The notes below the pieces were generated by a model. That model was not told the origin of the DNA. It did no database searches and saw nothing but the letters and a program-made list of their open reading frames with translations. From assembly GCA_965205465.1 (NCBI GenBank), contig OZ242187.1:2454244-2518243 (forward strand): a stretch of 64,000 nucleotides of DNA. The letters run 5' to 3'. This document shows, one piece after another, positions 16,683-26,041 of the stretch. The position numbers and the translations under genes were made by a program. The stretch is from Candidatus Aldehydirespiratoraceae bacterium. GTDB lineage: Bacteria > Actinomycetota > Acidimicrobiia > Acidimicrobiales > Aldehydirespiratoraceae. Position 1 is the stretch's first letter; each line of letters starts with the position of its first letter.

Positions 16683-18316
16683 CTGGATCCACCGGTGTGG
16701 TGAGGTGTTGGGGGTTGGCGCGTCCACCAGAAAGGCCTCCTGACATGGGAGAATGCTGTTAACGACAACGGTCATTCTGGCCATGTGAGGAGGCACTTCC
16801 TGTGAGCAGCATATCTGGTGGGATTGATGGGGTGGAGGTTCGTTTTGATGAGGGGTCTTTGGTGGGGGATGCGGGTTTGTTGTTGGCGGGCACGGTGATG
16901 GATCGTCTGGGGCTCGAGGCGATGCTTGATGAGGTGGTGCGCCCGCCGGGGTCGGGGCGGGGGTCGGGGGCCAAGGCGTTGTCGTTGGTGGCGTCGATGC
17001 TTGTGGGGGGTTCGTTTATCGACGACGCGGACAGGTTGCGGGCCGGGTCAACAGCTCAGGTGCTGCCGTTTAGGCCGGTGGCGCCGTCGACTCTGGGAAC
17101 GTGGTTGCGGTCGTTCACTTTCGGGCATCTGCGTCAGTTCGACCGCGCCAACGAGTTGGCGCTTGGCCGGGCGTGGTCTTTGGGTGCGGCGCCGGCTGTT
17201 AAAGAGATGACGCTGGATTTGGATTCCACGGTGTGTGAGGTCCACGGTCGCGACAAACATGGCACCGCTTATGGCCACACCAAGGTTCTGGGTTATCACC
17301 CGTTGGTGGCGGTGCGCGACGACACCGGCGAGTTCATTCATTCCCGTATGCGGTCGGGTTCGTCTCAGCGCGGTCACGGGCGGTTCGTGTCTGAGACCCT
17401 GGCCCGGTTGCGTCGCTTAGCACCCGACGCGGAAGTCACCGTGCGCGCCGACGCCGGGTTCTTCTCCTATGAGTTGTTGGACCTCATCGAGACCCACAAG
17501 GCGTTCTGGTCGTTCACGATCCCCCAAAACGCCATGGTCAAAACAGCTATAGCAGCCATAGACGACAAAGCCTGGAAGCCCATCGCCTACACCCGCGGCG
17601 GCCAAGCCCAGGTCGCTGAGACCACCATCAAAACCGGGCCCCGATCCCGCAGCGCCGAACCCCGCGAACTACGGCTTGTGGTGCGACGTACCCGCCTCAC
17701 CGGCTCCCAAGCCGAACTGTGGCCCGACTGGCGCCACCACTGCTTGGTCACCAACCGAACCGACCTCGACACCGAAACCGCCGACACCTACCACCGAGCC
17801 CACGCCCGAGTCGAACTCGCCATCAAAGACCTCAAAGACAACGGACTAGCCCACTGCCCCTCAGGGAACTTCTTCGCCAACGGCGCCTGGTTGGCCTGCG
17901 CCACGCTCGCACACAACCTCGCCCGCTGGACAGCCCGCCTCGGCCACACCCAACACCCCAAACACCTCACCATCGCGGCCACCGTCCGCAACCGGCTCCT
18001 GTCGCTGCCCGGCCGGCTCGTCAACCACTCAGGCCGCCACATCCTACGCCTGCCCCTCAACTGGCCCTGGAAACACACCTTCACCACAGCGCACCAACAC
18101 CTACACAACCTGCCCCTGCTCATCTAAACACCCACCCCCCGGGGGCCGGCACCCCCAGCACACACCCCAACGCCACCAACCCAACCCAACCCAACCCCCA
18201 ACCCCGACCCTGCACGCCCCAACACACCAAACCCGGCGTGAAACCCCCCGCCCGACCCCAACCCGCCACCAGCCCGCGAATCCCGCGCTCACCAAAGGCC
18301 AATCGGTGGATTCAGG
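16683..18316 (+). mobile_element. IS1380-family insertion sequence A (1634 bp)
   Basis: Ends CCTGGATCCACCG ... CGGTGGATTCAGG are imperfect inverted repeats. Flanked by CTTAG at 16678-16682 and 18317-18321. Confidence 0.8.
16802..18127 (+). CDS. IS1380-family DDE transposase (IS A)
   Basis: 441 aa: FDEGSLVGDAGLLL..., LDLDSTVCEVHGRDKHGTAYGHTKVLGYHPL, VRADAGFFS, YHRAHARVELAIKDLKD. Confidence 0.85.
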   Translation: MSSISGGIDGVEVRFDEGSLVGDAGLLLAGTVMDRLGLEAMLDEVVRPPGSGRGSGAKALSLVASMLVGGSFIDDADRLRAGSTAQVLPFRPVAPSTLGTWLRSFTFGHLRQFDRANELALGRAWSLGAAPAVKEMTLDLDSTVCEVHGRDKHGTAYGHTKVLGYHPLVAVRDDTGEFIHSRMRSGSSQRGHGRFVSETLARLRRLAPDAEVTVRADAGFFSYELLDLIETHKAFWSFTIPQNAMVKTAIAAIDDKAWKPIAYTRGGQAQVAETTIKTGPRSRSAEPRELRLVVRRTRLTGSQAELWPDWRHHCLVTNRTDLDTETADTYHRAHARVELAIKDLKDNGLAHCPSGNFFANGAWLACATLAHNLARWTARLGHTQHPKHLTIAATVRNRLLSLPGRLVNHSGRHILRLPLNWPWKHTFTTAHQHLHNLPLLI

Positions 18317-18321
18317 CTTAG

Positions 18322-19934
18322 CCTGGATCCACCGACGCGGTGAGGCTTGTGGGGTTGGCGCGTCCACCAGAAAGGCCTCCTGATCTGCGACGATTGTGAT
18401 GTCAATATGCACGTTCGTCTCAACAACAGGAGGCACTTTTTGTGTCTGTATCTTCGCGCAGTTTGGACCGGTTCGCAACGACCTTCGATCATGAGGGCCT
18501 GGTCGCCAACGCGGGCCTGATCCTGGCGGCCACGCTGATGGACCGTTTGGGTCTGCTGGGGCTGATCGAGCGGTGGGTGCGCACCGGCTCGGCGAACCCG
18601 GGCCGAAAGATTCTCACGCTGGTCGCGGCGATGCTCGCTGGCGCCACTCACATCGATCATGTCGAGATGCTGCGCGCGGGCGGCACCGGTCGGGTGCTGG
18701 GGTTCACCCCGATGGCGCCCTCCACGGTGGGGTCGTTCTTGCGGACCTTCACGTTCGGCCACGCCCGCCAGCTCGAAGCGGTGCTGGCGCGCACGCTGGC
18801 GCGTGCCTGGGGACTAGGCGCAGGCCCCGGCGACAAGCCGCTGACGGTCGATCTGGACTCCACGATCTGCGAGGTCCACGGCAAGCACAAGGGCGGCGCC
18901 GCGTACGGCTACACCAAGGTGCTGGGCTATCACCCGCTGCTGGCCGCACGCGCCGACACCCGCGAAGTGCTCGCCGCCCGCATGCGCAAAGGCTCCGCGG
19001 GCTCGGCGCGAGGAGTGGTGCGATTCGTCGACGAGCTCGTCGCCAACCTGCGACGCGCCGGGGCCACCGGGCCGACCACCGTACGCGCCGACTCGGGGTT
19101 CTGGTCCCACAAGCTGATCGACCGCCTCGACGCCCACGACGTCAAGTGGTCGATCACCGTCGCGCTCGGATCCGCTGTGCGCGCAGCGATCCAAGCGATC
19201 GGCGACAACGCCTGGGCCGACATCGCCTACACCCAAGGCGGCCGCGCCCAAGTCGCCGAGACCCAATACGTCACCGGCCGCGGCAAACACGAGCGCACCG
19301 TTCGCCTCGTGGTGCGCCGCACCCGACTCGCCCAGGGCACCCAACAACAGATGTGGCCCGACTGGCGACACCACGCGTTCATCACCAACACCGACCACGA
19401 CACCGCCGCCGCTGATGAGTTCCACCGCGCCCACGCCGTCGTCGAGCTCGCCATCCGCGACCTCAAAGAAGGCTCCGGGCTCGACCACGTCCCCTCAGGC
19501 CACTACGGCGCCAACTGCGCATGGCTCGCCTGCGCAGTGCTCGCCCACAACATCGGCCACTGGACCGCGCTCCTCGCCGGCGCGCCGCCCGCCACCAACC
19601 ACTCCCGACGCACCCGACTCGTCGCCCTCGCCGCCGTGCTGGTGAACCGCTCAGGCACACCCACCCTGCGATACCCCGCCCGCTGGCCCTGGGCAACACA
19701 ATTCCACACCACACTCAAAGCCCTGCGAGCCCTTCCCGGACCCTCCGGCTAAACGACACCACCCGGAACTGACGCCCCCACACAAACCCAGCGTCAACAA
19801 CCCAAACCACACCCCCACACCTAGCCCAACACGCCCAAACACACCAAACCACACCCCCAACAACCCGACGCGACCCCAACCCGCCACCAGCCCGCGAATC
19901 CCGCGCTCACCAAAGGCCAATCGGTGGATTCAGG
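18322..19934 (+). mobile_element. IS1380-family insertion sequence B (1613 bp), diverged from A
   Basis: Same terminal sequences as IS A. Flanked by CTTAG at 18317-18321 and 19935-19939. Confidence 0.8.
18442..19752 (+). CDS. IS1380-family DDE transposase (IS B)
   Basis: 436 aa, collinear with the IS A transposase but clearly diverged: FDHEGLVANAGLIL..., VDLDSTICEVHGKHKGGAAYGYTKVLGYHPL, VRADSGFWS, FHRAHAVVELAIRDLKE. Confidence 0.85.
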   Translation: MSVSSRSLDRFATTFDHEGLVANAGLILAATLMDRLGLLGLIERWVRTGSANPGRKILTLVAAMLAGATHIDHVEMLRAGGTGRVLGFTPMAPSTVGSFLRTFTFGHARQLEAVLARTLARAWGLGAGPGDKPLTVDLDSTICEVHGKHKGGAAYGYTKVLGYHPLLAARADTREVLAARMRKGSAGSARGVVRFVDELVANLRRAGATGPTTVRADSGFWSHKLIDRLDAHDVKWSITVALGSAVRAAIQAIGDNAWADIAYTQGGRAQVAETQYVTGRGKHERTVRLVVRRTRLAQGTQQQMWPDWRHHAFITNTDHDTAAADEFHRAHAVVELAIRDLKEGSGLDHVPSGHYGANCAWLACAVLAHNIGHWTALLAGAPPATNHSRRTRLVALAAVLVNRSGTPTLRYPARWPWATQFHTTLKALRALPGPSG

Positions 19935-19993
19935 CTTAGGCGAGTGCATCTCTGCCCGGCACAACAGGCCGTAGCGCAGTGGGGCAGTAGGCG

Positions 19994-20485
19994 ATGAGCG
20001 CGGGACCGTCCAGGCGAGGGAGGGATCGCGGGAAGTGGTCGGAGCCGGATGTACCGCACAAGGGATGGAACTGCGTTGACCTCGAGGACCTCGAGGATCT
20101 CATCGGGACTTGTGAGATGTGCGAAACTCAATCCATTCGGTACGTCCACCACATGGAACACCCCGACTACCCTGACGTGCTCGGCGTAGGACGTGTGTGC
20201 GCTGGACACATGGAGGAGGACTACGTAGGGGCGCGGCAGCGCGAGAAGCAAGCCGTCTCCCTTGCGAGCCGACGATCGAGGTGGATGACCACGGAGTGGA
20301 GAGAATCTCAACGGGGCAATCGCTACATCAACCGCAATGGCTTCAACATCGTCCTGTACGAGAGGTTCGACGGCTGGGCATATCGGATAAAGCAGAGCGA
20401 TTCAGAGCACTCGTGGTATGGCACGCGATACACCACGCTCGCCGAGGCAAAGCTCGCGGCATTCGAGTGCTTCGTCGCTCTTTGA
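19994..20485 (+). CDS. Hypothetical CxxC...CxxH zinc-binding protein
   Basis: 163 aa: GWNCVDLEDLEDLIGTCEMCETQSIRYVHHMEHPDYPDVLGVGRVCAGHME. No family recognised. Confidence 0.45.
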   Translation: MSAGPSRRGRDRGKWSEPDVPHKGWNCVDLEDLEDLIGTCEMCETQSIRYVHHMEHPDYPDVLGVGRVCAGHMEEDYVGARQREKQAVSLASRRSRWMTTEWRESQRGNRYINRNGFNIVLYERFDGWAYRIKQSDSEHSWYGTRYTTLAEAKLAAFECFVAL

Positions 20486-20881
20486 CCGCCGTTGCCTACC
20501 AACTTCCGTCCCCCCGCTAGAAGTACAACTGCATGACCAGCTGAAGCGGCGCGGGACTAACGCTGGTACCGTGTTTCGAACAGAGATTTTCGCTATTTCC
20601 CCTAGTGAGTAGTGCGAGGGCATCGACACCAGCACGTTAGCGGTCTGTTCGCCGGGCTTGGGGCTGGGCTAGAAAGCTGTGACACCGTCTGTGAGGTCGC
20701 AGCGGTATGTCATCGGCTTCACCCACAGGGGCATCATCGCTAAGGTCTGGCTATCTGGCGGCGGTGGGGTAGAGCTGCGTCATGGGACGACGCTTGTCGA
20801 GCCACAGGTCAACGCAGCAATTTGTTCGACGCGTAATTAGGATCACTTGACAGATCTCGCGGTTGCACCTGTAATTGACTC

Positions 20882-21469
20882 GTGGCTAAGGGTAGTGCGA
20901 AGCAGCGAATCGGAGAATTCCTGCTACAGAACGTCGGCAAGGTCGTCACGGGCCATCAGCTACAAGAAGCCGCTGGCCCCAACGTTACTGAGTGGGCACG
21001 GCGGGCTCGGGAGCTGCGCAACGAAGAGGGCTGGGAGATCCATACCCATCGGGACGACGTTCTGTTGAAGCCGGGCGAGTACCGCTTGGCCTCCGTGCCT
21101 CCGGCAAAGGGCCCCAAGAGCGGGTCTCGACCACTGTCTGCCCGCATTCGTGCCGAAGTGCTGTCACGGGACGGTCACACATGCCAGATGTGCGGCGCTG
21201 CCGCGGGGGACGTCGGTGAAGATGGACGGCCCGTACGGATACATATCGACCATATCAAGGCCAGAAGCCTCGGGGGATCTGACGATCTCTCCAACCTCCG
21301 AGCGCTGTGCAGCACATGCAATGAGGGGGCCAAGAACCTGACCCAAGAACCTCCGAGCGCAACATGGCTGCTCTCTCAGGTGCGCCGCGCTTCCATAGGC
21401 GACCAGCGGGCGGTGTTGGGCTGGTTACAGGCTAAGTTCCAACAGCGAGAGCATTCCGAGCAGACCTAG
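20882..21469 (+). CDS. HNH endonuclease with N-terminal winged-helix-like domain
   Basis: GHTCQMCG ... IHIDHIKARSLGGSDDLSNLRALCSTCNEGAKN gives the HNH catalytic H/N/N plus two CxxC pairs. GTG start. Confidence 0.75.
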   Translation: MAKGSAKQRIGEFLLQNVGKVVTGHQLQEAAGPNVTEWARRARELRNEEGWEIHTHRDDVLLKPGEYRLASVPPAKGPKSGSRPLSARIRAEVLSRDGHTCQMCGAAAGDVGEDGRPVRIHIDHIKARSLGGSDDLSNLRALCSTCNEGAKNLTQEPPSATWLLSQVRRASIGDQRAVLGWLQAKFQQREHSEQT

Positions 21470-21851
21470 AGCGTTGCTCCGATCAGTCGGTCCAGCAACG
21501 AGCATCCTGTGCCCGACCTATCACGGTCGGATTCAGCGCGTGGGTCAGATCGGGTCGATCGCGCGTTTGCGTCAGGGGCCAAGCGAGCCTGTTGGTAAAG
21601 GTCGGGGGTCGAGTAGGGCGAAGCTCTGCTCCGAGGATCGCTGTCGCTGCGACTCGTTGACGCGGGGTCTGCGGGGCGGTGTCACACCCCTCTGTCATCG
21701 TTGGGTTCTCGATTTCGGTGAGTTCTATGACGTGCCAGATGCGATTTCCCCGCAAGGCCGGTGTTGAGATAGTTGATCCAATACCAGGCTGCTCGGGTAT
21801 CGCCCGGCTCACAGCTGTCGGCTACTACTCTCCGTGAAAGGGACACCAACC

Positions 21852-22922
21852 ATGGCCTATAGAACCATCGACCTCTTTGCAGGAGCGGGCGGGCTCACCG
21901 CAGGTTTCTGGCTGGCTCGCGACAGCGCAGGAGTTGAACTCTACGATCCTGTCTTCGCGGTGGAGCACGAGCCGGCGGCTGCAGCCACCTACAAGGCCAA
22001 CTTCGGCATACACGTCCATGACGGGGACATCGAGTTCATGGACCCCAGGGTGTACCCCAGCGCCGACATCATCATCGGAGGGCCGCCCTGTCAGGGATTC
22101 TCTCCGCTGGGCCGTGACCGCGACCCCGACTCAAAGGCGGTACTCAACGGATTGTGGGAGCACTTCCTTGCCGCAGTCGTGCAGGTGCGACCGCGAGCGT
22201 TCGTGATCGAGAACGTCCCTCAGTTCCAGCGCTCCGCCCAGTTCAACGAGCTATTGGACCGGATGGCTAATCACCCCCTCCTGTCGCAGTTCGGCTGCGG
22301 CTACGGGGTACTGAATGCCGCGGACTACGGGGTGCCGCAGACCAGGAGACGGGGCATCTTCATGGCGGTCTACAAACAGTCCGTGCCTTGGCCTCCTCCG
22401 CCGACGCACGGCGACTCCCCGATGTTCGAGCAGCCGTATCGCACAGTGCGCGACGCGATCTCCGACCTGCCGGCCGAACCCACCACGGATCAACCCACCA
22501 CAGCCGACGACGGCTCCCAGGATCTCCATATCCGACGCAACCCGCGGGAAACCTCTCTGCAGCGTTACCGGGCTATCCCACCGGGAGGGAACCGCTTCGA
22601 TCTGCAGCGCAATCGGCCCGACATCACGCCGGCCTGCTGGCTCAACAAACCCACGGGCACTACTGACGTGATGGGTCGGATGTGGTGGGATAAACCCGGG
22701 CCGACGATACGGACCGAGTTCTTCAAGCCTGAGAAGGGACGTTACCTACATCCTGAGCACGACAGGCCTATCACCCACCGCGAGGCCGCTCGGCTCCAGA
22801 GTTTCCCCGACACCTTCATCTTTGAAGGATCCAAGATCGAGATCGCTCGCCAGATCGGGAACGCTGTCCCGCCAGTGCTCGCCCGCGAGATCGCCCTGCA
22901 CCTCGCGCGCATCCTCGAATAA
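21852..22922 (+). CDS. DNA (cytosine-5) methyltransferase, copy 2 (intact), presumed cognate of the NaeI-family enzyme
   Basis: Motifs I DLFAGAGG, IV GGPPCQGFS, VI FVIENV, VIII GVPQTRRR, X QIGNAVPP. Convergent with the endonuclease gene. Confidence 0.85.
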   Translation: MAYRTIDLFAGAGGLTAGFWLARDSAGVELYDPVFAVEHEPAAAATYKANFGIHVHDGDIEFMDPRVYPSADIIIGGPPCQGFSPLGRDRDPDSKAVLNGLWEHFLAAVVQVRPRAFVIENVPQFQRSAQFNELLDRMANHPLLSQFGCGYGVLNAADYGVPQTRRRGIFMAVYKQSVPWPPPPTHGDSPMFEQPYRTVRDAISDLPAEPTTDQPTTADDGSQDLHIRRNPRETSLQRYRAIPPGGNRFDLQRNRPDITPACWLNKPTGTTDVMGRMWWDKPGPTIRTEFFKPEKGRYLHPEHDRPITHREAARLQSFPDTFIFEGSKIEIARQIGNAVPPVLAREIALHLARILE

Positions 22923-22966
22923 CGCAAGAATCCCGGTGGTCGACGCCCCGATCGACCTAGCTGCCC

Positions 22967-24103
22967 TCAGTCTGCTGGTCCGGACTCGATGATCTGTTGG
23001 CTCAACCCGAGATAGAGGTCACGGTCGGGGTTCGGTCCTGATGCTTCGTCGGCGCTGGCGAGTCGCCACCACCCGTCACCCAACCAGACCCTGCTATCCG
23101 CTCCGTCCTCGGCGGGGACAACCCGGCAAGAAACCAACTCCCCCTTGTACGGAACAGGAAGATCCAATCCTCGGGCGATGTGGGGGTCAGCCCCCTGGTG
23201 ACCCAGGATCAAGAACCCCTTGCCGCCAAGGTTCTGGGGCAACCTCGCATCACGCGCCCGCTTCATCGGGTCCTTCTGCTGCGCGACTGTGACCATGGTC
23301 TGCCGGTCGATGATTTGGCACTGGATCTCGCGCAGCAAGGCGTTCACGCGCTCCTGGCCCGAAGTATTCAGCAGGATTTTACGACGGCTTTCTTCGCTCA
23401 TCCGCCGGAGAGGGTTCGGCGGCAGGTCCTGCTGTCCACCCCAGAGCCAATAGGTGCTGTCCATCCCGTCGTCGTTCAGACGCCGCTTGTTGTCCCGGTT
23501 GTACTGCCTACGCCTCCGACCGGAGTCGTAGGTCCTGAATTTGAGAAGGTCATCGCTGATCTGAACAACACCGGCGGCCCATTGGGCATCGTCGTCGTTC
23601 ATCCATACGAGGAGTGCGAGGTGGTCGGCAGTACCGGCTTGCTCATGGTCGTCGCAGAGGTACATCTCCATCGGGATCTCCCAACCGCCGAAGTCCTTGG
23701 AGAACTTGCAATCGACATCCTGTCCATCGATCTTCCAGTCGAGGTCGGTCCCGTCGGAGATGTCGAATTCCTTCGTGAGCCCGAGTTCCACTTTGGTGCC
23801 CAAGTGGGTCTTCTCGGTCTTGTTGAGTTGTTGGTAGCACCATCGGCGCGTGCGCTGCCCGTCGAGCAGTTCGTCTAGGGCGTCGCGCAGCACCCAGGCG
23901 AATCGCTCACGACCGTCTGGTTGCTCCTCGAACCAGCGAACAAGACCCGCAAGGGCGGGGGCAGGTGACGAGGACTCTTCACTGGGAGGACGCCGCTTGG
24001 TGGACATCCGTGCCTTCGGGTCGTCAGCGAAGCCTTCTGGCGGCGCGCCACGGGACCCCCTCGATCTTGTCTTTCTACGTCGCATGGAGTCCGGTTGGGT
24101 CAC
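22967..24103 (-). CDS. NaeI-family type II restriction endonuclease, copy 2
   Basis: Same motif set as 5087..6223. About 40 of 378 residues differ between the copies (hand comparison). Confidence 0.8.
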   Translation of the reverse strand: MTQPDSMRRRKTRSRGSRGAPPEGFADDPKARMSTKRRPPSEESSSPAPALAGLVRWFEEQPDGRERFAWVLRDALDELLDGQRTRRWCYQQLNKTEKTHLGTKVELGLTKEFDISDGTDLDWKIDGQDVDCKFSKDFGGWEIPMEMYLCDDHEQAGTADHLALLVWMNDDDAQWAAGVVQISDDLLKFRTYDSGRRRRQYNRDNKRRLNDDGMDSTYWLWGGQQDLPPNPLRRMSEESRRKILLNTSGQERVNALLREIQCQIIDRQTMVTVAQQKDPMKRARDARLPQNLGGKGFLILGHQGADPHIARGLDLPVPYKGELVSCRVVPAEDGADSRVWLGDGWWRLASADEASGPNPDRDLYLGLSQQIIESGPAD

Positions 24104-24175
24104 ACCGCGGGTCTACCGGGACCGTCGTGGTTTTGGCAACCCTAGACACTGCACTGCCGGAATGCCGACTGGGAA

Positions 24176-24661
24176 CTAACGCCGGCTACCAACGGTTGTC
24201 TCGCCCTGAGGCCGCCCCGTCCCCTCGGCCGAAGCACGGACCGACTTCTCGACTCGGTCAGCTACCGACTCGGGGTCCTCGTGCTCCCAGAACCGCAGCA
24301 CCGTCCACCCCGCCTGTTGCAGGTAGGCCGTAGTCTCGGCGTCGCGCTCGACGTTGCGGGCGATCTTGTCGGCCCAGTACTCCGAATTGGTGGCGGGTTG
24401 CGTGTGGTGCTCGGGGCAGCCGTGCCAGTAACAGCCGTCCACGAACACCGCGATCCGGCTCTTCCGCAGTACCAGATCAGCTGTACGGGGCAATTCCGGC
24501 TGAGGACGGACCGAGACCCTGAAGCGGATACCGCGTCGATGCACCGCAGAGCGCACGGCCAACTCGGGCTTCGTATCGCGGCTTCGATTGCCCTGCATCG
24601 ACTTGCGGTTGCCGGGCGAGGAAGCCCAAGACGCTCTCCCCGAGCCTTCGGCCACCTTCAA
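24176..24661 (-). CDS. vsr: Very-short-patch repair endonuclease (Vsr), copy 2
   Basis: AVFVDGCYWHGCPEHH ... NVERD ... GWTVLRFWEHE. Confidence 0.85.
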   Translation of the reverse strand: MKVAEGSGRASWASSPGNRKSMQGNRSRDTKPELAVRSAVHRRGIRFRVSVRPQPELPRTADLVLRKSRIAVFVDGCYWHGCPEHHTQPATNSEYWADKIARNVERDAETTAYLQQAGWTVLRFWEHEDPESVADRVEKSVRASAEGTGRPQGETTVGSRR

Positions 24662-24914
24662 GACAATAGTGGATCAGTTGATCCGACACGGTGCCTCGGC
24701 AGTGCTACTCGCTCCTGTGTTGGTCACTAGTCGGATCAAGCCGCGCCATCATTCCCGTCCAGGTCGCCTGGCGACCGCGACTGTCACACCCCTGCTGTGT
24801 GCTTGTGGTGTGGACTCTCTACGAATTGATCGGAAGGCGCGAGGGGTGCAATTGCGTCTTGGTGATGGGCAGAGGGTGCGCGCCCAGGCCGACCGCAGCG
24901 GGCAGACTGAGAGT

Positions 24915-26003
24915 GTGACCGTTGGCTCCGCGATCTCTCTCTTCTCCGGCGCCGGGGGCCTCGACTGGGGGATCGAATCGGCGGGGTTCGCCACACTGGC
25001 CGCGGTGGAATGGGACGACGATGCCTGCGACACCTTGGAGAAGAACGCCCCAATCTACTTTCAGAGTCTCCGCGAGGTGGTTCGGGCCGACCTCTACCCG
25101 CTCGCCAGCGGCGCAGGTGAGGGTCTGACCACGCGGGACATCCTCCGAGCGGCCGGTCTGTCGAGCCGGGAGAGGCCCGATCTGCTCGTGGGTGGGCCAC
25201 CTTGCGTTGCATTCTCCAAGTCAGGCTTCTGGCTCGACTGGAAGCGTGATGGCGTTGACCCCGCAGCGAGTCTTCTGCAGGCCTATACCCGTGTGCTTGC
25301 CGAGGCAAGGCCCCGCTACTTCATTTTTGAGAACGTGTACGCGCTGACCTTCAACAACAAGGCGAGCAGGCCGGCGTTCACCCGCTTACTGGCAGAGATC
25401 GAGGCGGCGGGATACCGGTTTTGGTGGCAAGTGTTGAACACGGCCGACTACGGAGTGCCCCAGGCCCGTCCTCGTCTGTGTGTCGTGGGTTGTCGCAAGC
25501 GAGACACACTGCCTGATCCGCCGGATCCGACTCACCACGGACCATGGGAACGACGAGCTACGACCGGTGGGCCGCTGCCCCACGTCACGGCTGGCGAGGC
25601 GCTCGCCGGGTTGATCACCGACCCCGAGCCCCAGGAGGTGGTGCGAGGGCGTTGGAGCCATCTCCTGCCTGAGGTCCCGCCTGGTGACAACTACCTCTAT
25701 TTCACGGAGAAGCGTGGTCACCCAGCGCCGATCTTCGAGTGGCGGTCGCGGTATTGGTCGTTCCTGTTGAAACTCGATCCAGGTAGGCCGTCACCGACGA
25801 TCCAGGCTCAGCCCGGTCCCAACGTCGGTCCGTTCCACTGGGACAACCGCCGTTTGCGCGTCCCCGAGCTTCGTAGACTCTTCACGTTCCCCGACGACTT
25901 CGCGTTCGTCGGCAAGCGAGCATCAGTGCAGGCTCAGATCGGGAACTCGGTGCCTCCGCTATTTTCGGAGCGAGTCGCTCGAGCGGTCGCGGCCGCGTGC
26001 TAG
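24915..26003 (+). CDS. Second, unrelated DNA (cytosine-5) methyltransferase
   Basis: Motifs SLFSGAGG, GGPPCVAFS, FIFENV, GVPQARPR, QIGNSVPP. Start proposed at in-frame GTG 24915 (VTVGSAISLF...); the track ORF opens far upstream at 24588. Confidence 0.8.
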   Translation: MTVGSAISLFSGAGGLDWGIESAGFATLAAVEWDDDACDTLEKNAPIYFQSLREVVRADLYPLASGAGEGLTTRDILRAAGLSSRERPDLLVGGPPCVAFSKSGFWLDWKRDGVDPAASLLQAYTRVLAEARPRYFIFENVYALTFNNKASRPAFTRLLAEIEAAGYRFWWQVLNTADYGVPQARPRLCVVGCRKRDTLPDPPDPTHHGPWERRATTGGPLPHVTAGEALAGLITDPEPQEVVRGRWSHLLPEVPPGDNYLYFTEKRGHPAPIFEWRSRYWSFLLKLDPGRPSPTIQAQPGPNVGPFHWDNRRLRVPELRRLFTFPDDFAFVGKRASVQAQIGNSVPPLFSERVARAVAAAC

Positions 26004-26041
26004 CGCAGCCGAACTAAGTAGACTCGGCGAGAGGAGGTTTC

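Noticed and set aside
17719-18321. 200-aa Pro/Arg/Thr-rich plus-strand ORF; likewise 18573..19415, 18814..19488 and 18289..18762
   Set aside because: These are alternative-frame or antisense readings of the IS1380 transposase genes and of the C/A-rich subterminal tract. They are low-complexity composition artefacts.
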